A stretch of DNA of 64,000 nt from the IMG/VR virus record IMGVR_UViG_3300020409_000014, positions 1-64,000 of that record; one strand, 5' to 3'. Origin of the DNA: a virus (taxonomy: Duplodnaviria; Caudoviricetes). This document shows, piece by piece, positions 39,964 through 48,941 of this stretch. The position numbers and the translations under genes were made by a program. The notes under the pieces were generated by a model that made no database searches, had not been told where the DNA came from, and saw only the letters and a program-made list of their open reading frames with translations. Each line of letters starts with the position of its first letter. Position 1 is the first letter of the stretch.

Positions 39964-42087
39964 TTAGAAGCAGTCTTCTATATCGGGATAAGTGAATGTA
40001 TCCGTGGGGTAATCAAGTATATTTAGCTCTCCACCACCAAAGTTAAATCCACTGAAATTATTAGGATCGAAGATAGGGACTGATAAGTCATTGATCGTAT
40101 AATCTATTGGATTTACGTCTGGGTTGAAGATAATTGGGTCTGTGCCTGCAGGAGGCTCAAGTGATCCACCGCTAGGGTAGACAACCACTGGAATTCTGTT
40201 TGTATCGTCAGGTGTTAGTGCAACGTTTAGAGGTCCTACACATACTTCACCAGTATTGTAATTGACTGACCCGACATTATTATTTAAGATTACTTCTGCC
40301 TCATCTTTAACAGTAACTAACATCATGTTACCTTTACCGTCATCTCTTAAATTTACAGGGACAAGAGTTTGTGAAGTAGTAGAGTCAAAAACTGCAGTAT
40401 CTACTTGGACAACACCACTAGTTAGATTGGCATTATTAAGAAGACTTTCAGTATATCCAGTTGCATAGAATGTGCCTGATTTAACTACAGAGAAGGTTGG
40501 TTTACATGTGCCGTCAGACCCATCTGTGCCGTCCCCTGAGGTGCCGTTTCCATCGCCAGTGCCATTATCATCACTAGTGCCAGAATAGTCGCCTGGACGG
40601 AATAAAGGGTTGTTAAAATCTAGACATTGGTTGAATACTTGACCAAACTGGAATGTATCAAGATTCTGACCTAGAGTAATCTGAGTTGTGCTACCTGAGA
40701 TAGCAGGATCAGAGTTATCGACTACTCCTGCATACTTAGATCCTTCAAATCTGTTGTTGAATCTATTTGCAGCATTTTGTGCGTTGTAATCGTCGATATT
40801 TTTTAATACTTTAGTCCTTAGGTCATTAGAACTAAGATTAGTGTCATTACCATTATAGTAAACGTAAGATTTAGGAATAACATAGAGAGTTGTAGGATCA
40901 ATGATGATCGGATCGATAGCACCGATCGAATAATCTTTTAATTGATTCTTAATTCTGACTTTTGTAGTCTCATTCAACTTAGATCCAGTCTTAGGTCTAA
41001 CTGCAACGTAAACTTTTCCATAAACAGGAGGATTTAACTTCTCACCACCATATGCAACCACTGATCGTGATTGTGGATAGAGTTGTCTTACTAGATTCTC
41101 AAAATCTCTCTCTGTTACTGCTCTGTTTTGTGTTGTATACAATCTAGGAGCATTATACTTGATTGATACAGGTGATTCTCTGTCTTCACCGTCTGCTGCT
41201 TGGTTTTCAGTAACAACACTAATAGCATTGTTGCTAATTATGCGTCCTTCGCTGTCATTTGCTGTCCCAATGAAAGTAAAGTCTCTTGCACCGTTTGCTT
41301 CTTTACCAACTGTCCTTACATAGTCAATTTTTACAAATTCACCGTCAACTAATTGTCTTCCTAACACTCCATCACCAAAAATTACCTTATAACGTAAATC
41401 ATCAACTTCTTCAAGGAAGTAAATACGAGAATTACTGTCTAAGTTAACAGATGAGGTTGCTCTATTGTAAATATCAATTTCTGATGACTGCACAGAAGGA
41501 GATATGTAAACAATCATCCTTTCAGTGTCTACATCTTCACTAGGAATGATGTATTCTTGTCTTTTCGTGTTATTAACAACAAATGAGTAAGTAAGAAGGT
41601 TACCTTGATATGTTGCGAGACATCTAAACGTCGCTTTACCTGTAGATTGGTCAACAGGTGCTTGGACTTGAGTTAGAATTGTAAAAATATAGTCATCAAA
41701 GTTATTTTCAGCACTAAACGAGTCACCTTTGTTAATTGTAACCTGCTCAGGGTAGGTTAGACCGTTTGCACCGATTAAAGTCTGCACAGTTACTGTCACA
41801 AACGCTTTTGGAGACTTTACACTACGAGGAGTGTAGTTAAGTTGCTTAGCAACCTTAACAATATTGTCTCTGACAGTAGATGTTTCTAAGAATGCCTCAT
41901 TTAGAGACATGTTTGCATTAAATGCAGTATAGTATGTGTTATAAGCAAGAATGTCTAGAAGGTAAGACGCAGCAGATCCCTCAAAGTCATAATCAGTAAA
42001 CTCTGATCGAGTCCTGAGGTATGATCTTATCGATTCCTTGATTTCAAAGAAATCTAAGGAGGTTAATTCTGATGGTACTGCAGCCAT
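39964..42087 (-). CDS. gp6: Baseplate wedge subunit gp6
   Basis: LDFFEIKESIRSYL...FTDYDFEGS...LLDILAYNTYY...NEAFLETS..RDNIVKVAKQLNYTPRS; APRLYTTQNRAVT. Confidence 0.95.
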   Translation of the reverse strand: MAAVPSELTSLDFFEIKESIRSYLRTRSEFTDYDFEGSAASYLLDILAYNTYYTAFNANMSLNEAFLETSTVRDNIVKVAKQLNYTPRSVKSPKAFVTVTVQTLIGANGLTYPEQVTINKGDSFSAENNFDDYIFTILTQVQAPVDQSTGKATFRCLATYQGNLLTYSFVVNNTKRQEYIIPSEDVDTERMIVYISPSVQSSEIDIYNRATSSVNLDSNSRIYFLEEVDDLRYKVIFGDGVLGRQLVDGEFVKIDYVRTVGKEANGARDFTFIGTANDSEGRIISNNAISVVTENQAADGEDRESPVSIKYNAPRLYTTQNRAVTERDFENLVRQLYPQSRSVVAYGGEKLNPPVYGKVYVAVRPKTGSKLNETTKVRIKNQLKDYSIGAIDPIIIDPTTLYVIPKSYVYYNGNDTNLSSNDLRTKVLKNIDDYNAQNAANRFNNRFEGSKYAGVVDNSDPAISGSTTQITLGQNLDTFQFGQVFNQCLDFNNPLFRPGDYSGTSDDNGTGDGNGTSGDGTDGSDGTCKPTFSVVKSGTFYATGYTESLLNNANLTSGVVQVDTAVFDSTTSQTLVPVNLRDDGKGNMMLVTVKDEAEVILNNNVGSVNYNTGEVCVGPLNVALTPDDTNRIPVVVYPSGGSLEPPAGTDPIIFNPDVNPIDYTINDLSVPIFDPNNFSGFNFGGGELNILDYPTDTFTYPDIEDCF

Positions 42088-42497
42088 TACGTCCTCTCTA
42101 GTATAAAGTCGATCTCTTTAAGGATTCTTTCTCCTACGATTGTATATTCAACTCTAACTTCCAATGAGTTAGTGTCAAAACCGTCTTGCACATTGACAGA
42201 TGTCACTCTGATACGTTTTTCGTATCTGTCTAGAGTGCTTTGTATTTCATCTTTGATTGCCTCACCTGTAAAAACATCATAAGGCTCAAATAGTAGTCCA
42301 GTTACTCTAGATCCGACATCATACTGAAAGGGTTTCTCACCAATATCGGTTTTAATCAGATTTAGGACTGCCTGCTTGATTGCATTCTCATTTTTGACAG
42401 CACCAAAGTCGCGGCTATTAGGATTTGCTTTGAAAGACATTGCAAAATCTCTAAAACCACGACTTATGTTTTTATCTGATCGAATTCTGTATGACAC
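42087..42497 (-). CDS. gp25: Baseplate wedge subunit gp25
   Basis: 136 aa; NENAIKQAVLNLIKT..GEKPF...GS....LLFEP...IQSTLDRYEKRI. Confidence 0.93.
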   Translation of the reverse strand: MSYRIRSDKNISRGFRDFAMSFKANPNSRDFGAVKNENAIKQAVLNLIKTDIGEKPFQYDVGSRVTGLLFEPYDVFTGEAIKDEIQSTLDRYEKRIRVTSVNVQDGFDTNSLEVRVEYTIVGERILKEIDFILERT

Positions 42498-42541
42498 TAT
42501 GCATTAATAATGAATTTTGCCATAATATAGGTTACGTTTAT

Positions 42542-42548
42542 TATTTAG
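42542..42548 (-). promoter_or_regulatory. Late promoter variant (CTAAATA)
   Basis: Upstream of gp25, overlapping the stop of the 46-aa ORF. Confidence 0.5.
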
Positions 42549-42685
42549 CCTTGTCCACGATACTTTTTACGAGGCTTATTTCTTGAGGTAGCAGACAATT
42601 TACTATTTTGACTTTTACCTTGTCTAGTTTTCTTTGGTCTTGTATCTACTCCGCCAGATACAAAAGCGTTTGATCGTGTTGCCAT
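42545..42685 (-). CDS. 46-aa highly basic protein (not in the ORF track)
   Basis: MATRSNAFVSGGVDTRPKKTRQGKSQNSKLSATSRNKPRKKYRGQG; fills the gap between PAAR and gp25. Confidence 0.8.
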   Translation of the reverse strand: MATRSNAFVSGGVDTRPKKTRQGKSQNSKLSATSRNKPRKKYRGQG

Positions 42686-42703
42686 AATAATTTAATAAGT
42701 TTA

Positions 42704-43234
42704 CTAACCTGCCCATACATTCATCGAGCCATATGCTACGACTGATGAGCAAGGATACGAGAAGCCAGGAAATCCGACTCCTAGTGGGTCTAACTGTCTA
42801 GCAATCAATCGCTTGAGTGCAAACACAGTTAAGGTTGTAGGATATAGAGTCCTATCATGTCCAACACCTCTATCCTCTGTCGTTAATACCGAGCAAGGGT
42901 AGGGCGTTGGTTTCGGACATAGTGATTTACCACATGGGCACATATGGATCACTATATTCGTACATGCAGATGGGTGTACAATGAATTTATCACCCGCCAA
43001 CATGATGGGGAAACCATTGACTAATACTGTAGCACGATTTGGTGCTAAAGGTGTCAAAGGTATTAGACTAAGAGGTGGCCACCAACAAGTATATTCCTTA
43101 ATACGAATAGTCCTTGTCCTCGGGATAGCTCCGCAAGACTCCGTGCTGTGGATTGTGGGAGGTAAGCACAACCCATGTCCAGAATCAGGTAGACCATTGA
43201 TAGCAGCAACTGGTTTTAGAAATCCAAATCCCAT
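42704..43234 (-). CDS. PAAR-like spike-tip protein (gp5.4-like), Cys-rich
   Basis: GHGLCLPP, TVLVNGFPIMLAGDKFIVH, HDRTL..TTLTVF...IARQLDPL, PCSSVVAYGSMNVWAG; next to gp25. Confidence 0.8.
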   Translation of the reverse strand: MGFGFLKPVAAINGLPDSGHGLCLPPTIHSTESCGAIPRTRTIRIKEYTCWWPPLSLIPLTPLAPNRATVLVNGFPIMLAGDKFIVHPSACTNIVIHMCPCGKSLCPKPTPYPCSVLTTEDRGVGHDRTLYPTTLTVFALKRLIARQLDPLGVGFPGFSYPCSSVVAYGSMNVWAG

Positions 43235-46200
43235 TATCCCTGTCCCTCTAATTCTCTGCCATCCAGATATGGGTATTTATCTTGGCACTCGTCGAAGAAT
43301 GGATTACCTAAGTTTTTAATACTTCTTGCCAGTGCATTTGTGCCACCAGTCAGATAATTCATTATTTGCATCTTGCCTGTGTAGTCACCCATCTTGATCC
43401 TGTAACGCTCTGTTTCCATACGTTTAGGGTCAACGGCAATAGAGCAGTCTGCAACGTGTGCTAGTGCATTACAGGTGTTGCACAGACCACCTCCTGAGCC
43501 TGGCCAATTACTACTTATAGTATTGTTTCCATTTGCTCCTGTATTTGTTGCTGAAGGCGGGGTGATCTCGTAGTAGGTTTGTCCTGCAAGCGGATTTCCG
43601 TTGTCGTCCCATCCGCAGTAGACATCAAGGACTCCATTCGTGTTACTTCCCTTACGCACATATCTATCCCAACAATCGTGAGGAATATTGGTAGGGTCAC
43701 TTGGACAACTCCCGCCATTGACTGAAAACTCAGTATAGCTTTGAGATCCTGGTGTGGGGACTCCATCGATTAGTGTACTCCAATTAGAAGTGGTGTCCGT
43801 AGGACTGCCATCTAGGTTGTTTCCTAACCACAAACTAAATTGTTGTGCTCTAGAATAGTTACTACGGTTATAATCATATGTATTTTCGTCAAGTCCGATT
43901 GGGACGTATTCTATACTATTGTTACTACCACGATAACAGCGACCTGGCACGTTACCTCGGGTGCAACTCCATGTTTTATACCCACCTGCAACATTTCTTT
44001 TAGGTGAAAGTTTGGGTTTTGGCAAAGTATTCAAGAATTTCATGAATGCTTGACCTTGATTACCTATTGTCTTTCCGTCAAATGAGAGTGAAACGGTAAA
44101 TTCTGCTTTTTCATCATGCGGAGCACAGTATTTCCAAGGTAAATACCCAAATGCTTTCCGCGATGCCCTAAATTCGTCTTGCACTTCGCCGTAAAAGTTG
44201 GATCTTGGGTTTTCTTCCGCTTCCATATACGCACAAGGCATCTGAAACCACTTTTTGATGTTGTGAATCACTGGTTGATCGACAATCATGCACCTATTTC
44301 CGTTAAAACTTCCGTAGAGACCACTAAATGACTCGCTGTCCGCACCAGATTGCTGCAATCCACCTAAAATATCGGAATATACACCGCTAGAAAACTTCTC
44401 TGCAGCGGGAGATGAGGTTTCATTAGGTCCTAACATCATTTGTGGAGGCTCTTGTGCACTCAAATTCTCAAAAGTCTCTACAGGAGGCATTGCTTCGACC
44501 AAAGGAAGACCCATATCTATCTGTATACAGTCCGCAGGGAGGTTTTGACACAATACTGTCTTACCTTCTGGGTCAACTTCTGCGTATTCCATGTATGTAA
44601 TCGGAATATTGCTAGTGTAACCCTTATTTACCTCTGCCATTTCGTCTGTAACTACGTCACTACTGAGCGGATTGCCCTCAGTCTCGAAATCAAACATCTC
44701 TTCGATGTCAATTTTAGAGGAATCTAGTGTAGGCTCGTCTAATTTTGTCTCTACATCTATAGAAAGACCTGATTCTGCGATGTAAACCTGTGGAGGGAAG
44801 TGTGGATCGTATCCAGATCCACCATCTATCACGTCAATACGCTTAATAATACCTGATTTAGTGATTCTTCCGACTCTAATCTCTGCATTACGGAATTGTT
44901 GCACCGTATCAAACTCTCTTTCCTTCCTATTTTGCAACACTTGGAGCTGCCTACGCTCAAATTTGTCTAAAGATATCTTCTGCTCACCTATTTCACCAGT
45001 AGAATTATACTCTGGGAAGGACTTTACAGGTGATCCGTAGTCTCTAAGGAAGGCACCACGCATCTGACGTGCTGTATCTGTGCTACTAAACTCCTCTAAC
45101 TGACCAGGCTCCGCTACAGTTACGGTAGGATTGCGATATCCGACCCCACCATTGATAACTTTGATCTCAACTATCTTACCTTCAGTGTCTACAATCGCTT
45201 CTGCCTCTGCTAAATCGAGTGTGCGTGTCGGTATAAGTGCCTTTGGATCTAATTTTACCTTGTAGTATGAGATATTTTTCTCAAATTCATACACTCCAAA
45301 GAAGGCTGCCTTGTCTTCTATGCCATATCCTGCTAAAACTTGTATAGTTGCGACAGGAGGTGGGTCTTCACCTTCGTCTACAGGGTAAGGTCTGCTCGAA
45401 AACTGCTCTTGATAGGTAAATTTCTTGCCTCTCTTGCGTCCATCCGCTGTTAATTCCATATATCCCGCATTCATTTTGCCACCGAAGTAGAAAATGCCCG
45501 CAATATTCCATCCGTTTATCTGCTCACCCTTCTTAAATGTGCCAGTTGTCGTCAAATATTTGAAAAATATCCTTGTAGTGTCTGTATCCGCAGTCCTAAA
45601 TGACTCTTCTACGCCAGATCCCGCAGGTCCTGAGACATCTATGCGTGTCCTAGTCGTTTTCCACGAGTCTTCACGGATCTGATAGAAGTGAGAATACCAT
45701 TCTTCGTTAACAACACAAGTATTATTGTTGTTTTGACGGTGATTTGGGCAACAACCTGCATCTGAGAGTAGATATTGTATTCCAAATATAGGACCATTCC
45801 ACGGATATGACGTGTCATACAGATAATACATGTATTGTGAGTCATACGCAGTCTGGAATCCTAGGAATCTAGGCACTGCTCCTTTGACTGCACCGTTTAA
45901 TCCATACAACCACTCGAAGTTTGCGTCTCCATCTGCCTGCACACCACCTACAATACCTGCATTTCCCGACTCACCAAACCCTGCAACACCTGGTGTGCCT
46001 ATAGGTTGACCAAATGCATTCGTCCCAAAGGAGTTTTTCCTATAAGACTTGTAACTAAACGGACTACTACTGTTAGTATCCCATGTATACCAACCCGATT
46101 TGTCAATACACTGACCAGTAGGACCTATTTTACCTACATCTTTAAACTCATTGTCCGATGCATCAGGGTTTTCTCCTTGAAAAACATACCCAAAGATACC

Positions 46201-46905
46201 CTGATATACATATTGACCTGCTCTCGCCTCTGCAGGGGCGATAGGACCGCCACTCAGGTTAACTTCTGCTGCAGGATTGATAGTATAGAAGTCATCTTCT
46301 GGGTCATAGAAGTAATGATAGAGGGGCACAGCGGTCTCTCCTGTCCCTGCATAGGCATTTGCATCACTTTCTGACGTAAAAATATATCCTAGAGTCCCTA
46401 CAAGGTAGTATGGTTTACCATTATTACTACTAGGAGGTGTATTTGATAGTGATAGTTTTGTATTATCGTCTCTTTCTCCTCGATACCAGATATAAACAGG
46501 CACAGAATTTGCAACTTGAGTATTCATCAAGTAAAAAACAGGGATCTGTCCCTGTCTAGGCTCTGGATTATACCCTCTTAATACTTTTTGCCACGACTCA
46601 TTATCCCCAATAGCATGCTCTTTCGTCAACTCTGGGGTTTTTGCGTATTTGTGATCGTCTTTACTACCTCTATAGAAGCGATAAACAGGTTGTCTACCGT
46701 CATCACAGTTTGCAATGCAGGTTTTCTGCTCTTCTCCTATGTAATGCACTATATCTTTGCCTAGTGGCATAGTGCCAGGACCTTCTCCTTGAAACTCGAT
46801 CTCATAAGATTCGTTGTTTGCTTCGTCGAAGAAGGGTTTTACATAGTCTTCACCGTCTATGGGGTTGGGAAACGATCGTTTAGTAGATAGGATGTAGCAA
46901 GCCAA
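43234..46905 (-). CDS. Large hypothetical, probably virion-associated protein
   Basis: 1223 aa; three PVYR/PVYI/PLYH-type repeats near the N-terminus, two VrlC-like GxGY units, Cys-rich C-terminus; late promoter upstream. Confidence 0.8.
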   Translation of the reverse strand: MACYILSTKRSFPNPIDGEDYVKPFFDEANNESYEIEFQGEGPGTMPLGKDIVHYIGEEQKTCIANCDDGRQPVYRFYRGSKDDHKYAKTPELTKEHAIGDNESWQKVLRGYNPEPRQGQIPVFYLMNTQVANSVPVYIWYRGERDDNTKLSLSNTPPSSNNGKPYYLVGTLGYIFTSESDANAYAGTGETAVPLYHYFYDPEDDFYTINPAAEVNLSGGPIAPAEARAGQYVYQGIFGYVFQGENPDASDNEFKDVGKIGPTGQCIDKSGWYTWDTNSSSPFSYKSYRKNSFGTNAFGQPIGTPGVAGFGESGNAGIVGGVQADGDANFEWLYGLNGAVKGAVPRFLGFQTAYDSQYMYYLYDTSYPWNGPIFGIQYLLSDAGCCPNHRQNNNNTCVVNEEWYSHFYQIREDSWKTTRTRIDVSGPAGSGVEESFRTADTDTTRIFFKYLTTTGTFKKGEQINGWNIAGIFYFGGKMNAGYMELTADGRKRGKKFTYQEQFSSRPYPVDEGEDPPPVATIQVLAGYGIEDKAAFFGVYEFEKNISYYKVKLDPKALIPTRTLDLAEAEAIVDTEGKIVEIKVINGGVGYRNPTVTVAEPGQLEEFSSTDTARQMRGAFLRDYGSPVKSFPEYNSTGEIGEQKISLDKFERRQLQVLQNRKEREFDTVQQFRNAEIRVGRITKSGIIKRIDVIDGGSGYDPHFPPQVYIAESGLSIDVETKLDEPTLDSSKIDIEEMFDFETEGNPLSSDVVTDEMAEVNKGYTSNIPITYMEYAEVDPEGKTVLCQNLPADCIQIDMGLPLVEAMPPVETFENLSAQEPPQMMLGPNETSSPAAEKFSSGVYSDILGGLQQSGADSESFSGLYGSFNGNRCMIVDQPVIHNIKKWFQMPCAYMEAEENPRSNFYGEVQDEFRASRKAFGYLPWKYCAPHDEKAEFTVSLSFDGKTIGNQGQAFMKFLNTLPKPKLSPKRNVAGGYKTWSCTRGNVPGRCYRGSNNSIEYVPIGLDENTYDYNRSNYSRAQQFSLWLGNNLDGSPTDTTSNWSTLIDGVPTPGSQSYTEFSVNGGSCPSDPTNIPHDCWDRYVRKGSNTNGVLDVYCGWDDNGNPLAGQTYYEITPPSATNTGANGNNTISSNWPGSGGGLCNTCNALAHVADCSIAVDPKRMETERYRIKMGDYTGKMQIMNYLTGGTNALARSIKNLGNPFFDECQDKYPYLDGRELEGQG
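43274..43280 (-). promoter_or_regulatory. T4-type late promoter (ATAAATA)
   Basis: 40 nt upstream of the PAAR start. Confidence 0.6.
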
Positions 46906-46906
46906 A

Positions 46907-47209
46907 TCAACCTAGACGCTCTTCCAACTTATTTAGTCGTGAATACAGATCGTCCAATACCTCTTTGATATTCAGATGCTTCTCATACCCTTCTGGTTTA
47001 TACTGAATCATATCAGGACCAGGTTTAGGATACTTACGGATGGCATCCTCACAGATAGCAGTCCTTTTCGCAAGATTCTCGATTCCTTCGCCGACCTTTT
47101 CTAGGCAGAAAGCGATTTTTTCGATATCGTCCATTCCTGCCGTTGGCAGAGGTTGAGTCGGATTTGAAGGATCCCCATAACTAATAGGACTTGATGATTT
47201 AACTGGCAT
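46907..47209 (-). CDS. Hypothetical protein, coiled-coil
   Basis: 100-aa ORF tightly packed with neighbours. Confidence 0.75.
   Translation of the reverse strand: MPVKSSSPISYGDPSNPTQPLPTAGMDDIEKIAFCLEKVGEGIENLAKRTAICEDAIRKYPKPGPDMIQYKPEGYEKHLNIKEVLDDLYSRLNKLEERLG
46930..46936 (-). promoter_or_regulatory. Late promoter variant (CTAAATA)
   Basis: 25 nt upstream of the 46905 start. Confidence 0.5.
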
Positions 47210-47229
47210 GTTTCACGATCGCGATTTTT

Positions 47230-47394
47230 TTATTCGTCAACGGCTTTCAATATAATGGAGCCGTCTGTTTCCTCAGTATACTCTAGTTTGGTGCCTGCTT
47301 TCCATCCCATCTCTTCCCATAATTCAACTGGCAGTGTGATGAATAAATCGCCATAGTCATCGTCTTCTATTGTTAGAGTATATCTATTACTCAT
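47230..47394 (-). CDS. AbrB/MazE/SpoVT-type DNA-binding protein (not in the ORF track)
   Basis: 54 aa MSNRYTLTIEDDDYGDLFITLPVELWEEMGWKAGTKLEYTEETDGSIILKAVDE; G.l.i.lP...re.lG...G..l...dG.iil pattern. Confidence 0.75.
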   Translation of the reverse strand: MSNRYTLTIEDDDYGDLFITLPVELWEEMGWKAGTKLEYTEETDGSIILKAVDE

Positions 47395-47419
47395 TAGTAG
47401 ATGTTATGCTTGATACATC

Positions 47420-47899
47420 TTATGTAGACTTACCACGAATTGCACCTACGCATGTCTCCATATAGAAACTATTACCAGGTGCTTTTAAGTCTGTAATCTG
47501 AGACTGTCCCCTATAAGGATGATGTAGCATAAACCCATCACCCAGATAAACACCTCCATGGTTAGGTGCTTGCCCATGTCTCTTAGTATAACCCCCTTCT
47601 AGAGGCGTATACCATAGTCTAAAGAGTATTATATCATCTTTCTGCAAAGAGTCAAGTGATGCTTTCTCCCACATCTCACTCTTCATTACATATTCTCCTT
47701 CTTCCGTGTTAATAGCATCATCAGTAAAAGCATATATCTGATCTAACTTGGTAAAGTCTCTTAGATCACGATTGCAATACAACCGATAGTATTTTCTTAC
47801 ACAATGGTAGCAACTCCATGAATGAATACTTCGCCACTCCTCTCCGAGTAAGTGTGAGTATTCCTTCTCAATCTCTTGTTGTTTCAGTCGTCTACCCAT
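47420..47899 (-). CDS. NlpC/P60 (C40) family cysteine peptidase/amidase
   Basis: WSCYHCVRKYY (catalytic Cys), LQKDDIILF, NHGGVYLGDGFMLHH (His, His). Confidence 0.8.
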   Translation of the reverse strand: MGRRLKQQEIEKEYSHLLGEEWRSIHSWSCYHCVRKYYRLYCNRDLRDFTKLDQIYAFTDDAINTEEGEYVMKSEMWEKASLDSLQKDDIILFRLWYTPLEGGYTKRHGQAPNHGGVYLGDGFMLHHPYRGQSQITDLKAPGNSFYMETCVGAIRGKST

Positions 47900-48024
47900 G
47901 CGACCTCTCAGGGGGATTTTTATATTGGAAAAATTTTTTCATATCGATAAAACAAATCACTCGCTTTGGGATACTTTTGTAGGTTAGGGAAGTAGGCATT
48001 TTTATATATCGGATTATTAGATAT

Positions 48025-48054
48025 AAAAAAAGATCAACATTTTACTGTTGATCT
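48025..48054 (-). terminator. Rho-independent terminator closing the early region
   Basis: AGATCAACA (48031-39), 6-nt loop, TGTTGATCT (48046-54), followed by a 7-nt T-run on the minus strand. Confidence 0.8.
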
Positions 48055-48069
48055 GTTTCTGTGTGAGTC

Positions 48070-48306
48070 TTATACAAGATTGTTGAGATAATCCTGTGTG
48101 ACCTCTTCGCATTGGGGTAGGTCTGTGTATCCACCTCTGAGCCATTTGTTTATGTGCCTGGATGTGGTGGTGCTCCAGTACTGCTCTGTCCTTACATACC
48201 CTCTACCAAATACATAAGCCGCTACTGGTGTGCGATAACTGAAAAATACTCTTGCGTTGTCTGTCTCGATTTCAGTTTGGTTTGCTGCTATTGGTGTTAG
48301 TTGCAT
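48070..48306 (-). CDS. Small hypothetical protein
   Basis: 78 aa, VFFSYRTPVAA...WSTTTSRHINKW; own early promoter. Confidence 0.85.
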   Translation of the reverse strand: MQLTPIAANQTEIETDNARVFFSYRTPVAAYVFGRGYVRTEQYWSTTTSRHINKWLRGGYTDLPQCEEVTQDYLNNLV

Positions 48307-48329
48307 GTGTGCCCCTGTTTGTTTATATT

Positions 48330-48390
48330 ATTATAATAACCTATATTCCTGGTGCTGTGTATATGTGTGTGCCACTTATTCAACTGGTAC
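48330..48390 (-). promoter_or_regulatory. Paired-box early promoter, copy 1
   Basis: Plus strand GTGCCAC-N8-CTGGTAC (48369-48390); TATAAT -10 at 48330-48335. Confidence 0.75.
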
Positions 48391-48564
48391 ATCATAACAC
48401 ATCCCTTCCAGGATCATATACTCACATAGTGGTGTATACTGTGTTAGACTCTCATTTAACCCATAATCTATTAATTGCTGACACATGTCTATTAGCTCAT
48501 CAGGTGGTAATCCTCCACTCTCATATATGTCTAATAATACCGTGAGTTTGTGCGGTATAGTCAT
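48376..48564 (-). CDS. Small hypothetical protein
   Basis: 62 aa; stop codon lies in the box spacer. Confidence 0.75.
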   Translation of the reverse strand: MTIPHKLTVLLDIYESGGLPPDELIDMCQQLIDYGLNESLTQYTPLCEYMILEGMCYDVPVE

Positions 48565-48731
48565 ATTTGTCTGCTGTGTCTGTTTGCATCATCTAGTGCT
48601 TGAGACTGTGATCTAAATGGGCCGTACTTAGTACACCCCAAATAATCATACTGCCAGAAGTATTTCCTGGACTTTTCCCATATTTTGATATTAACAGGTG
48701 GACTAGTAGGAAGTTGAAAAACCTTACTCAT
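48561..48731 (-). CDS. 56-aa hypothetical protein (not in track)
   Basis: MSKVFQLPTSPPVNIKIWEKSRKYFWQYDYLGCTKYGPFRSQSQALDDANRHSRQI; ATGA overlaps on both sides. Confidence 0.75.
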   Translation of the reverse strand: MSKVFQLPTSPPVNIKIWEKSRKYFWQYDYLGCTKYGPFRSQSQALDDANRHSRQI

Positions 48732-48874
48732 ATAGACCCCTCCGCGTCCCCTTCCGTGGGCTGTGGAAAACTCCCTGAGAAAACCTTTTCATTCCTTCTA
48801 GGTTTTTCTAGTTGCTTCGCTCTCTTCATTAGGTCATTATACTCTGTAAATGGCGAAGTAGCATCAAAAGGCAT
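48728..48874 (-). CDS. 48-aa hypothetical protein (not in track)
   Basis: MPFDATSPFTEYNDLMKRAKQLEKPRRNEKVFSGSFPQPTEGDAEGSI; downstream of a consensus promoter. Confidence 0.65.
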   Translation of the reverse strand: MPFDATSPFTEYNDLMKRAKQLEKPRRNEKVFSGSFPQPTEGDAEGSI

Positions 48875-48912
48875 AAGTGGGCAAAAAGAGTCAAAAACTT
48901 AACTTCCTAATT

Positions 48913-48941
48913 ATTGTAGGCGATCTCGGGCAAAAAGTCAA
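48913..48941 (-). promoter_or_regulatory. Sigma70-type early promoter
   Basis: TTGACT-17 nt-TACAAT. Confidence 0.75.

Noticed and set aside
40520-40585. Gly/Asp/Thr low-complexity insert in gp6 (DDNGTGDGNGTSGDGTDGSDG)
   Set aside because: Looks like an ordinary flexible loop expansion
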